Positions 32,701 through 44,700 of a stretch of DNA of 64,000 nucleotides are shown here, piece by piece. A program made the position numbers and the translations under genes. The notes beneath the pieces were generated by a model. It was not told the origin of the DNA and did no database searches. It saw only the letters and a program-made list of their open reading frames with translations. Source of the DNA: Vicugna vicugna (taxonomy: Eukaryota). Numbering within the stretch: position 1 is the first letter of the stretch; the number at the start of each line of letters is the position of its first letter. The stretch lies in the NCBI GenBank assembly GCA_013265495.1, contig MU057809.1, positions 124,001 through 188,000 on the forward strand. Direction: 5' to 3'.

Positions 32701-35700
32701 AGGGCCGCTGGGGACTCGGGCTAGACAGCATCCGCTGCACGTGCACAGAGCCCCTGGGCTCCCAGCTCCTGCCCTCTGCCTTCCGTGGGTTCAGTCTCCC
32801 CTCAGGGAAAGTGAGGGTAGGGGCTTCTGGGTAAAACTGCAGTCCTGCTCACATGGTTGAGCCAGGTCCCCTCCCAAACCTGTTCGTTCCACATAAGGGA
32901 CTGGTTGCCACAGGAAGGCCTATCCCCAAGACGGGGAGAGTCATTGTGCTGGGAGCTGTGATCCCGGCCGCTAAGCCTCAGGTCACAGAGGGAAGCTGAG
33001 GTGCCGCTGTGTGTACTGATGACCCCCAGGGCTTAGGGAGGCACAGTCTGCGCTCCCCTGGAAGTGGGAGTGGCTCTGAGCATGAGAATTGGTTGAAACA
33101 CCAACCCTTGTAGGACCACGAGCTCGCATCCCCTTGCAACTACAACAGAACCACAGCTGACTGCAGACAACCACTGAAGAGAGACTGAAACTTAGCAAAG
33201 ATCGTCTTCAACTGGAAACAAAGAGGGACCCACAGCAGGACGGCAGGAGGGGCGTGCTCACAATATAACCGGGCCCCATACCCCCAAGGTGGGCGACCCA
33301 CAAGCTGAAGAATAGTTAAGGTGCAGAGGCCCCCCCCAGGAGTGGGAGCTCAGAGCCCCACGTCAGGCTCCCCAGCCTGGGTTCTGGCACTGGGAGGAGG
33401 AGACTCCAGGACATCTGGCTTTGTAGGCCAGTGGGGCTTAGCTCCAGGAGCCCCATGGGACTGGGGGAAAAAGACTTCATTCTCTTGGGAAGCGTACACA
33501 GAATCTTGTGTGCGCCAGATCCAAGGGTACAGGCAGTGATTCCGTAGCAACCTGGGCCGGGCCTGCCTGCTGCTTTTGGAGGGTCTCCTGGGGAGGTAGG
33601 GGATGGCTGCGGCTCACCCAGGGGACATAAAAGTTGGTGGCAAACATTCCAGGAGTGTTCATCTACATGAGCTTTCCTGGAGGCTGACATCTTGATCAGC
33701 TCATTAGCATCAAGACTCAGCCCCAGCCAACAGCCTGTGGGGAAGCCTCAGGCCAAACAACGTACAGGGTGGGCACACAGCCCCACCCATCAGCAGAATA
33801 ACATGGTCCTACCCACCAGAGGTCCAGGACCCAGCAGTGGGCAGACCCTGGCTCCTCCTGCCAGGAACCCTGCCTAAGCCCCTAGTCCAGTCTCACCCAC
33901 CAGGGGCAGATGCCAGAAATAAGAGAACAACAATCCTAAAGCCTGTGGAAGGAATCCACACACACAGGCCAGACTCTATCCTGGAACTGGCTGGACCCTG
34001 ACCCTTGGGTGACAAGAGAGGAGTGCACTGCTGAGACGCACAGGACGTCTCCCAGAGGGCCACCTCTCCAAGATCGAGAAACGTTAACTAACCTACCTAA
34101 AGATACAAATAGAAAGACAGACAACATGAGGCAGCAGAGGAATATCTCCCAGGCCAAGGCACAAGACAAAATCCCAGAAGAAGAAATAAGTGATGAAGAG
34201 AGAGGCAATTTATCCGAGAAAGAGTTTACAGTAATGATGGTGAAGATGTTCAGAGAACTCAAGAGGAATACAGATGCACAGAGCGAAGTTTTTAGCAAAC
34301 AGTTGGAAAACATAAAGAATACCCAGACTGAAGAATAAAATCACTGAAATGAATAACACACTAGAAGGAACAAGAATAGATTAAATGAGGCGGAAGAACG
34401 GATCAGTGAGCTAGAAGACAGATTAGTGGAAATCACCACTGCGGAACATAATAAAGAAAAAAGAATGAAAAGAAATGAGCATAGTGTAAGAGAACTCTGG
34501 GACAACATGAAGCACACTAATATTTGCATTACAGGTGTCCCAGAAAGAGAAGAGAGAGAGAAAGGACCAGAGAAAAATTTTTGAAGAGACAGTAACTGAA
34601 AACTTCCCCAACTTGGGGAAGGAAACAGTCACCCAAGTCCAGGAAGTGCAGAGTTCCACACGGAATCGGGATCGACTCAGAGAGGAACACACCGAGGCAC
34701 ACCGTAATCAAATTGACAAAAATGGAAGATAAGGAGAAAAGTTTGAAATTAGCAAGAGAAAAGCAACGAATGACATACTAGGGAACTCCCACGAGGTTAT
34801 CGGCTGACTTTTCAGCAGAAACTCTGCAGGCCACAAGGGAGGGGCACGAAATATTTAAAGTGATGAGAGGGGGAAGCTTACAACCAAGAACACTCTGCCC
34901 AGCAAGGCTCTCGTTCAGACCTGATGGAGAGATCAAAAGCTTCACAGACAAGCAAAAGCTAAAAGAATTCCGCACCACCAAACCAGCCTTACAACAAACG
35001 TTAAAGGACCTTCTCTAGTCATCAAACCGCAAGAAAAGAGAACAAAAAGAAGAAAGAGGAAAAAAAAAACCTACAAAACAATTAGCAAAAGGCAATAAGA
35101 ACATACATATCAAAAATTACCTTAAATGTAAATGGATTAAACACTCCAACCAAAAGGCACAGACTGGCTGAATGGATATGAAAACAAGACCCATATATGC
35201 ACTGTCTACGAGACCCACCTCACAGCTAGAGACACCTGCAGGCTGAAAATAAGGGTATGGAAAATGATATTCCATGCACACAGAAACGAGAAGAAAGCTG
35301 GAGTAGCAATACTTACATCAGACAAAGTCGATTTTAAAATAAAGCCTGTTACAAGACACAAAGAAGGACACTACATAATGCTCAAGGGGTCAATCCAAGA
35401 AGAAGACGTAACGATTGTAAATAAATATGCACCCAACCTAGGAGCACCTCAATACACAAGGCGACTGTTAACAGACGTAAAAGGGGAAACTGACAATAAC
35501 AAAAATAGTGGGGACCCTAGCACCCCACTTCCGTCAGTGGACAGGTCACCCGGGCAGAAAGCCAGTAAGGAAACACTAGAGCAGACGGACTTGACTGATG
35601 TCTGTGGAGCATCCTGTCCGGAAGCAACTGAACACACCTTCTTCTCAAGTGTGCACAGAGCATTGTCCGGAATAGACCACATGCTGGCCCACAAAGCCAG

Positions 35701-38700
35701 CCTCGGTAAATTTAAGAAACTCGAAATTGTTCTGAGCATCTTTTCAGACCACAGCACTATAAGGTCAGAAATCAACTACTAGGAAAACTGCAAAAGCTGC
35801 AAACACGTGGAGACTAAGCAACTAGTGGATCACTGAGGAAATCAGAAAGTACTGAGACAAATGAAAACGCAAGCACAGCGATCCCAGACCTCCGGGACGC
35901 AGCAGAAGCCGTTCTCAGAGGGAAGTTTACAGCGACACAAGCCTGCCTCAGGAAAGGAAAATCTCAGGTAAACAGCCCAACTTCACACCTGAAGCAGCTG
36001 GAGAAAGAAGGAACAAAACCCAAAGTTAGTAGTGGGAGAGAAATCACAAAGATCAGAGCAGAAATAAGTGAAACAGAGTGAAAAACATAGAAAAGGTCAG
36101 CGAAACTAAAAGCTGGATCTTTGAAAAGATAAATGAAACTGACAAACCTTGCGTCAGACTCATCAAGAAAAAGTGGGAGAGGGCCCAAATTAACAAAATC
36201 AGAAATGGAAAGGAGAAGTTATGACACCAAAGCAATACAAGGGATCGCAAGAGGCCACTAAGAGCAACTGCACGCCAACAGAGCAGACAACGTGGAAGGA
36301 ATGGACGGTTTCTTAGGAAGGTGCAACGTGCCGAGCCTGCCCCAGGAAGCAGCAGCAGACAGCGTGCGCAGGCCAGCCGCCGGCACCGGGGCGGATCAGT
36401 AGTTAGAGCCCCCAGCGGCCAAGCCCAGGGCCCGACGGCGTCACAGGCACGCTCCACCGAACACTCAGGGAGGTGTTAGCGCCTACCCTCCTGCAACTAT
36501 TCCGAAAACTGCAGAGGAAGGAACACTTCCAGAATCATTCTATGAGGCCACCATCACCTGATACCAAAACGAGACAAAGATATCACAAAAAAAGAAAATT
36601 ACAGGCCACTATCACTTACGAATATAGATGCAAAAATCCTCAACAAAATACTAGCAATTCGGCTCCAACAGTGCATTACAAGGATCACACACCATGATCA
36701 CGTGGGGTTTCTCCTGCGGTGCAGGGAGTTTACAGTATCTGCAAATTAATCAATGTGATACACACATTAATTGAAGATTAAAAACCGTATGATCATCTCA
36801 ACAGATGCATTAGAAGCTTCTGGTAAAATTCGACATCCATTTATGATAAAACCTGTCTAGACACTGGGCACAGAGGGAATATACGTCAACATGGGAACGG
36901 CCACACGCGACAGGCCCGCAGCGCACGCCGTGCTTCGCGGGAAGAGGCTGAAGGCCTCCCGCTAAGGTCAGGAGCAGGACGAGGGTGGCGCTCTTGCCAC
37001 TTCTATCCAACTCAGTCTGGAAGTCCTGGCCGCAGCAGTCAGAGGACAAAAAGAAACAAAGGAATCCAAACGGGAAACAAAGAAGTGCAACTGTCACTCT
37101 GCAGATGACATGATACTGTGCATAGAAAACCCTAAAGAAGTGACCAGAAAACTACTGGAGCTCAACAATGAATTTGGTAAAGCTGCAGGACACAAAATTA
37201 ATACACAGAAGTCGGCTGCATTTCTATACACTAACAACAAAATAGAAGAAAAAGAAATTAAGGGAACACCACCATTCACCATCCCACCAAAAAAAAACAA
37301 AGTACCAGAGAGCAAACCTACCCGAAACGGCAAAAGCCCTGTGCTCTGAAACCGCAGGACTCGATGTCGCAAAGATACCGGAGATGCACAAGCAAGCGAG
37401 GGCATGCTGTGTTCCCGCACTGGCAGAGTCAGCGCCGTTGAAGTGGCCACCCTGCCCAAGGCGACGCAGAGACTCAGTGTGCTCCCTGTCAAATCACCAA
37501 CGGCGTTCTTCGCAGAGCTGGCGCAAAAAGTGTCAGATTCGCATGGGAGCACGGAGGACCCCAATAGCCAAAACAATCTTGGAAACGAAGAACGGAGCTG
37601 GGGAATCACGCTTCCCGACTTCAGACTTTACCACAAAGCTGCAGTCATCAAAACAGTATGGTACTGGCACAAAAACAGACACACAGATCAATGGAACAGG
37701 ATAGAGTCCAGAAATAAACCCATGCATTTGTGGTCAATCCATGACAAAGGAGGCAGGAACACACAATGGAGGAAAGACAGTCTCTCCAACAAGCGGTGCT
37801 GGGACAGCTGGACAGCCACCTGTAAGAGACTGAAATTAGAACCTCCTCTAACACAATCTACAGACACAAACTCAAAATGGATTAAAGACTTAAATTAAGA
37901 CCAGATAGTATAGAGACCCTAGAGGAAAACACAGGCAGAGCACTCTTGGACATAAAGCACAGCAATATATTTTTTGAACCAGCTCCTGGAGTAATGGAAA
38001 TAAAAGCAAAAATAAACAAATAGGATCTTATTAAACTTGGAGGCTTTCACACAGCTAAGGATCTATCAACAAAACAAAAAGTCAACCTACAGAATGTGAG
38101 AAAGTATTTGCAAATGACATGACCAACAAGGGACTAATTTCCAAAATATGCAAACAGCTCATACACCTTAATGTAAAAAGAACAAGCAACCCAATCAAAA
38201 ACTGGGCGGAAGACCAAACAGACGTCTCTCCAAAGAAGGCAGACAGACGGCAGACAAGCACACGGAGAGGTGCTCAGCATCAGCAACTGCCAGAGAAATG
38301 CGAATCAAAGCCACGACGAGGCGCCACCTCACACCAGCCAGAAGGGCCGTCATTCAGGAGTCTGCAAACAACAAACGCTGGGGAGGCCGTGGAGAACAGG
38401 GAGCCCTCCGGCACCACTGGTGGGAGTGCAGTTTGGTGCAGCCACTGTGAGGACAGTATGGAGGTTCCCAAAGAAACTAAAAGCAGCCTTACTATATGAT
38501 TCAGCAGTCCCACTCCTGGGCGTATACCTTGAGAAAAACATAATTCAAAACGACGCCTGCACCCCAGTGTTCACAGCAGTACTATTTACAACAGTCAAGA
38601 CATGGAAACAACCTAAATGTCCATCGACAGACGACTGGATAGAGAAGCTGTGGTTTATTTATACAGTGGAGTACTACTCAGCGATAATAAAGAATAAAAC

Positions 38701-41700
38701 AATGCCGTTTGCAGCAACACGGATGGACCTGGGGATCGTCCTTCTAAGTGAAGTGAGCCAGAAACAGAAAGACAAACACCGTACGACAGCACTTACAAGT
38801 GGACTCTTTTAAAGAAGGACACAGATGGACTACTGACGACTTACAACTCAGAGGACTGGGTCCTTAAATACGTGTGAGCACCTCTGGCCGCCCTTTATGA
38901 CTGGGTCACAGCATCCTGCTGGTTCTTGTTTTGTGGCTGGCTTACTCCTTTGACAAGTGTGAGTTTAAAAAGCTGTAGCTCTGAACTCTCCTTAGAAACA
39001 CCGAACAGGACATATACGTAAATGTTTAAATGGGTTTCTCTCAGTGAGTTGCTCTTCCTAGAACAAACTTTGTTTATCCCCCCAAAATAACAGTAACCCC
39101 CCTAAAAAAAAAGCTGAAAAGAGGACTCTGGGAAGATGGTGGAGCAGGAGACACCAGGAGCCTGTCTCATGCCTGGAAAACACCGGCATTGGCAGAATCT
39201 GCCAGCTGTAACCATCTTGGAATTCTGAAGTCTGTTGAAGTCTTGCAACTTGGAGGGGAAGATGTGGAGAGTAAATTGCGGTTTATTTCAGTCAGTTTCA
39301 GCTCCGAGCACAGATGCAGCGCCAGCCCCTCCAGCCCCACGCCGGGACAGGCAGCTGTGCGGCCATTCCTGGAGCAACTTAAACTCTGCAGGAGTCAGGT
39401 TGAGCCTAAAGGACCCTGTGTGCCACACATCAGGGATCTGTGCTCTGATCACAGCTCAGCGGGGTGGGGGGCATTGCCGCAGCTCAGGGGCTTCCCAGAG
39501 ATTCAAGAGGCCGGCACACTCGTTCCCTTCTTTTTGCTTTTCCCTCTGGGAGCCAGACATTAAGGACTAGGACATTCAGAAACTGCACGTGCAGAGGAAG
39601 TTAGGAGGTGACCACACACGACCAGGGAGAGGCTCAGAACAGAGGTGAGCAGAAAGTAAGTTTCCACTTCATGTTGATCCTCAGCCCAGACAGTCAACAG
39701 CAATGAGTGAATGCGTGAGTGAATGGAAGGAAAGAAAGAAGAAGAAAAGGGAGAAAGGAAGGAAGAAAGAAAAAGAAAAGAGGAAACCAAAACAGCAGCA
39801 GCAGCAGCAAAGGCAGCCCCTGGGGGGGGCACATCTGGTTCCAGAGTTACCACCTAACCATGTTCAGATGTCCAGTGTTCAAAGCAAAATCACACGGCAC
39901 ACAGAAAGACCAGAAATAAATCATCCGAATCTGCCTGTGGAAAGACTTGATGGCAGATACACTTGACAAAGACTTTAAAACATCGGCCTTAAAGATGCTC
40001 GAAGAGCTAAAAGTACATGTGGAAGAAGCCAACAAAGGGCATGAACAAGTGGAGATAACAGCAAAGAGACAGAAAATCTAAAAAGAACCCTAAGGGAAGT
40101 TCTGGAACCTGAGGTATGATCGCTGAAGCGAAAACTTCACTAAAGCGACTCGAAGGCGGGCATGAGCAGGCGGAAGACTCAGTGAACTTGAAGGTAAGAA
40201 AATGCAAATTATCAAGGCTGAGGAACAGAGAAAAGACCGAAGAGAAGGGAGCAGGGCCTCAGGGGCCCGTGGGACACCCTGAAGCCGACCAGCACGCACT
40301 GTGGGAGCCCCGGAAGCGGGGAGGCAGGGAAAGGAGCAGCGAGAACGTTCCGAGAAGGACGGCTGAGCGGCGGGCACAGCTCCGCGGCAGGGCGGGCTGA
40401 GTGCGCCCGGGTCCTGCATTCATCCCTGCGCCTCCATTTACAAAAGAAGAAGAAATATGGCTGAAAACTTTCCAGATCTGGTGACAGGCATGAATACAAA
40501 GACACAGGTAGGATGAACTGCAGGGTGAGCAAGCAGGTGGCCCAGCCTGAGACATGTGATCAAGCTCTCCAAAGACACAGAATCTCGAAAGCAGCGAGAG
40601 GGGAATGAGTCGTCATACACGGGGACCCTCAAATGGGGATGAGCAGATTTCTCATCGGAAACCTTGGAGGCACAAGACAGGCGGCCAATACTTTCAAAGT
40701 GCTCAGAGGAAAAACCGTCAACAAAAGATCCAGCATCCACGCAAAACTGCGCTTCAGAAGTGAGAGGGCAGTGGAGACACGCCTCGACTTCCAGGAGCTG
40801 AGGGAGCTCGTGACCTGGGCCGGTCCTGCAGGCGCCGCGAACGGACGCCGTTTGGCGCCCCGGAGCCCCGCAGAGAAGCCGGGACCTCAGCAGCAGTCGG
40901 TACACGGGCAGTGAGGGAAGCGGGTGCTGTCGGAACCGTGGCTCACAGCTACTTCTTGTTACCTGCGTGATTTGCCAGACTAACACTTTCAAAGGAAAAG
41001 TTACCGTCAAAGAGCCATTGTCACTTTGGGCTGGGATGCCAGACCCCGCTGTCTACACACTGTAGGAGACAGCGCACTCGAAGTAATCAGCAGCCCGTGC
41101 TCTGGAGCACGTGCTGTACGAAGGTGAGTTTTGTGACATCAGCCACCGGAAGGAGTGGGGCTGGGGCTGTAAAGTCGTGGGATTTTGCATGTTATTGAAA
41201 AAAACTACTTAAAATCTTCCATATGTTCAGTTTAGAACGTTGTAACTTAGCACATTAAATGCAGCCCCACGGTAACCGCAACAATAGTGACAGCGTACAC
41301 AGAGGGAGCTAAAGAACGGAACACTTCACCACAAAACCACACAGCAAAGAAGGCGGGAACGCAGGAGCTGAGCGCTAGCGTGCTACAGGCTGGGCGGGAC
41401 GCAGACGGCGCGAGGACAGGAGTCCGCCCTCCTCGTCAGCAGTTACCGTAGACGCAGGTGACCCCAACCCTCCAACCAAGAGGGACGGGCAGGGCGGATA
41501 GAAGCGCTCGCTCCGCAGACCCTGTCTGCAGGAGACTCACTCAGGTCCACAGGCACAGACAGGATGAAGGCGAAGGGATGGGAAAAGACGTGCAAATAGT
41601 AAAAAAAGAGAAAAAAGCAGACTAGCTATAGCAACTTCAGACAGAACAGACCTGCGCTCAGCAGGCTTACAGGAGACGAGGACGTTACGTATTAATAAGG

Positions 41701-44700
41701 GTTTAATACGGCAAGAAGATAAACCATGAGTGAATATTCACACACCCGGTGACAGACCGTCCAAATACATGAAGCAAAGCCTGGCAGGACTGACGGGAGA
41801 AACGGACGGTCCTACAGCAACAGCTGGACACCTCAGCGCCCCACCCCCAGCGACGGGCGGGACAACCAGACGGAAGGCGAGCCCGGAAGCAGAGGACCGA
41901 GCACAGCGCGGCAAGGAGGCCTGGCCGACACGTGCAGCACGCCCCTGAAAGCGACAGCAGGGCGCCCCGCCGGGGGCGCGCGCGACGTTTCACACACAGA
42001 CTACACGCTGGGCCGCAAGGAAGGGCTCAGGGCGTTTTAAAAGACAGACGTCGTACGAAGCGTCTTCCCTGGTCACAACGGGATGAAGCTGGAAATCATC
42101 GCCAAGGAAAACCGGGAAGTTCACAAAACCATGGGGCTCGAATAGCCAACAGAACAGAAGAAATCACAAAGGAAATGAGAAAATACTCAGAGATACGTGA
42201 AAACGGAAACGCAACCTGCCGAACTTGCGGGATCAGCGAAAGCAGAACCTGGGGAAGCGCAGCGCTGACTCTGAGGAGCAGGAAGGCTGTCAGGTCACCA
42301 GCCCTGACTCGCCAGCTCGAGTAACCAGAAAAAGAAGTAAACCCAAAGCTAGAGGGGAGGGGGAGAAAAGGTCTGAGCAGAGGCGGACGAAACACAGCAG
42401 GAGAGGCCAACAGAGAAGGTGAAGGTGACCAAAAGCCCCTTCTTCCAAAGACCAAGAGAATGACAACCCGTGAGCGACGTGGACTAGGGAAGGAGGCTCA
42501 CGCTGCTGAAGTCGAAGAGGACGGAGAGGGCATTGCTGCCAGCCCCGCAGAAGCACAGCGGCCGCGAGAGAGGCTGTGAGCAACGGCACAGCAGCCGACT
42601 GGGCGGCCGGTGAGCCCGGGTGACCCCCAGGACAGACCATGAGCACACAGACGGCCGGAGCAGAGCTGCGGCTGGTAAGGAGGCCGGGCCAGTCATCCAA
42701 AGTCAACAGAGCAAAGCCTGGGCCTCCAGGCTTCACTGGTGAATCCTACGAACATTTAAAGGAAAACCAGCACCAGTCCTCAAAGGTTCCCAAAAACTGA
42801 AGAGGAGGGAACACTTCCTAACTCACTTGTGAGCCCAGAGTAACCCTGATGTCAGAGCCAGACGAAGTCAGCGCAAGACGCCCGCGGGCCAGGTGCCTTA
42901 CGGACAGTGGCGTAGGGCCCTCGGCGGCGTTCCAGCAAACTGGACGCGGCCGCACGTGCAAGGGCTCTCCGCCATGGCCGAGCGGCCGCGTCCCTGGGGT
43001 GCGAGGGCGGCTCGGCACGTGGAACCCTCACAGCGCGCCGCCCCACGCGAGCAGGAGGGAGGGGAGCAGCGCGAGCACTTCGGCGCAGGCGGAAAGCGCG
43101 TCTGACGAAGTTCACACGGAACCTCAGCCAGAACCTCCCCGAGAAGGAAGAATAAAACTCGAGGGACTCACTTCTGACCGCAAACCCCAGGAGCCTAAGC
43201 AGCGTGGTCCCAGCCTAAAGACAGACGCGCGTACATGGCAGCGGCACAGAGCAGGGAGCCCGGAAGTCAACTTCGTGTTCAGTCAGAGGGCCTTTGACGA
43301 GGGCGCCAAGATCACGCGACGGAAAAGGACAGTCTTCCGCAGAGACGGTGCTGGGAAGACCGGAAGTCCACGTGCGGGAGAGCGCACGGACCCTCCCCTC
43401 ACACCACATGTGAAAATCAGCTCGGGGAGGACCAGGGACCTGAACGTGAGTCCTGAAGCAGCAGAGCTCTCGTGAGGAAGCAGGGCGGGCGCCTCACGGC
43501 GTTGGCCCCGATCGTGAGCTCTTCGGTGCAACGCCAGAGGCGCACGCACAGGAGAGAAAGAAACAGATTGGACTTCGAGAACATTTTTAAATTTCATGCG
43601 TCAAAAGGCACTACTCACTGAAAAGGCAACCTGCAGGCTGGGGGAAGATGTTTGCAAATCGTGCACCTGAGGGACCGACACCCGAGTCTCCAGAGGGCCC
43701 TCAGGACAGGCTGAGGGGCTCTGCCTGGGCTCCTCCTGGAAGAGCGGCCGGCCAGGGGACGCTGTGCCCGCTGCTCTCCGTGAGGCCCCCCTCCAGCCGT
43801 GGAGGGGCGGCGGCGGCCCCGTGCCCCCGCCCGCCCACCGCCCGCACACCCACCTTCCCGTCCTCGTGGTAGACGAAGATGTTCCGGGTACTGTTGTCCT
43901 TCAGGTAGGTGACCTGCAGGCCGTGCGGGTGGCCGATCTTGGCCGGCTGGAAGGTGGCATTCAGATGCTCTATCTTCATGACGGCCTTGGGCTCCTTGGC
44001 CTGGGAAGCAAGGCCAGGCCTTGGAGCTGGGCAGGCAGGGAGCGGGCAGGGTGGGCTCTGGATGCTGGCCGCAGACCTGCGGTCCTGTGTGGCTCTGGGC
44101 AAGTTACCTACCTGCTCTGGGCCTGGGCTCTCTGGTCGGTAAGTCTAAGGTGATGGCATCCCCTCCCAGGGGACCATGAGGGCGGGCAGACCCCTCCTCT
44201 GCCCTCTGTCTGGTCTGCCCCCAGTGCCGGTCCTCCCTCTTCCTGCTCCCCCGCGCTGCCAGCCCCACCTCTGTGCGTCCCTGTGTAGGGGCCTCTGCCC
44301 GGGCAGCCGGCCTGTGGGCCAGGAGCTGCCGTGGTTACTGCGTCACAGGCCACCTTCTGACCTGGGCTGCTCTGGGTAGGAGTGGGGCTCGGCCAGCTGC
44401 AGGGCCTCTGGGACCCTCCAGCTGGCCCCTGCACGCTGCCTGGGAGCCCAGGGTCACCCAGACGTGTGCTTGCTGGGTGGTGTGACCACCAGCCTCAGCC
44501 AGTCCCCTCCGTCCCTCTCAGGCCTGGAGTGACCACTAGGGAAGGGCTCGCCACCCCTGCTCCCCCAGCATCTCCCACCGTCACAGGGAGCGACTGTGCT
44601 CAAGGGGTGGGTGGGCTGTTCTGGGCGGGGGCGTGACTCTGGAGACGGCACGGGGGCCGTGGGGCACGCGGTGCCGCTGTCTGGGGACCGATGTCTCCCT

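Noticed and set aside
34126..38812. Potentially active L1 or domesticated reverse-transcriptase gene
   Set aside because: ORF1 and ORF2 are broken by numerous stops and frameshifts; only fragments of 180 aa or less remain.
39793..39810. CAG repeat as a polyglutamine coding tract
   Set aside because: Only five units, inside an L1 5' region in an intron; no exon context.
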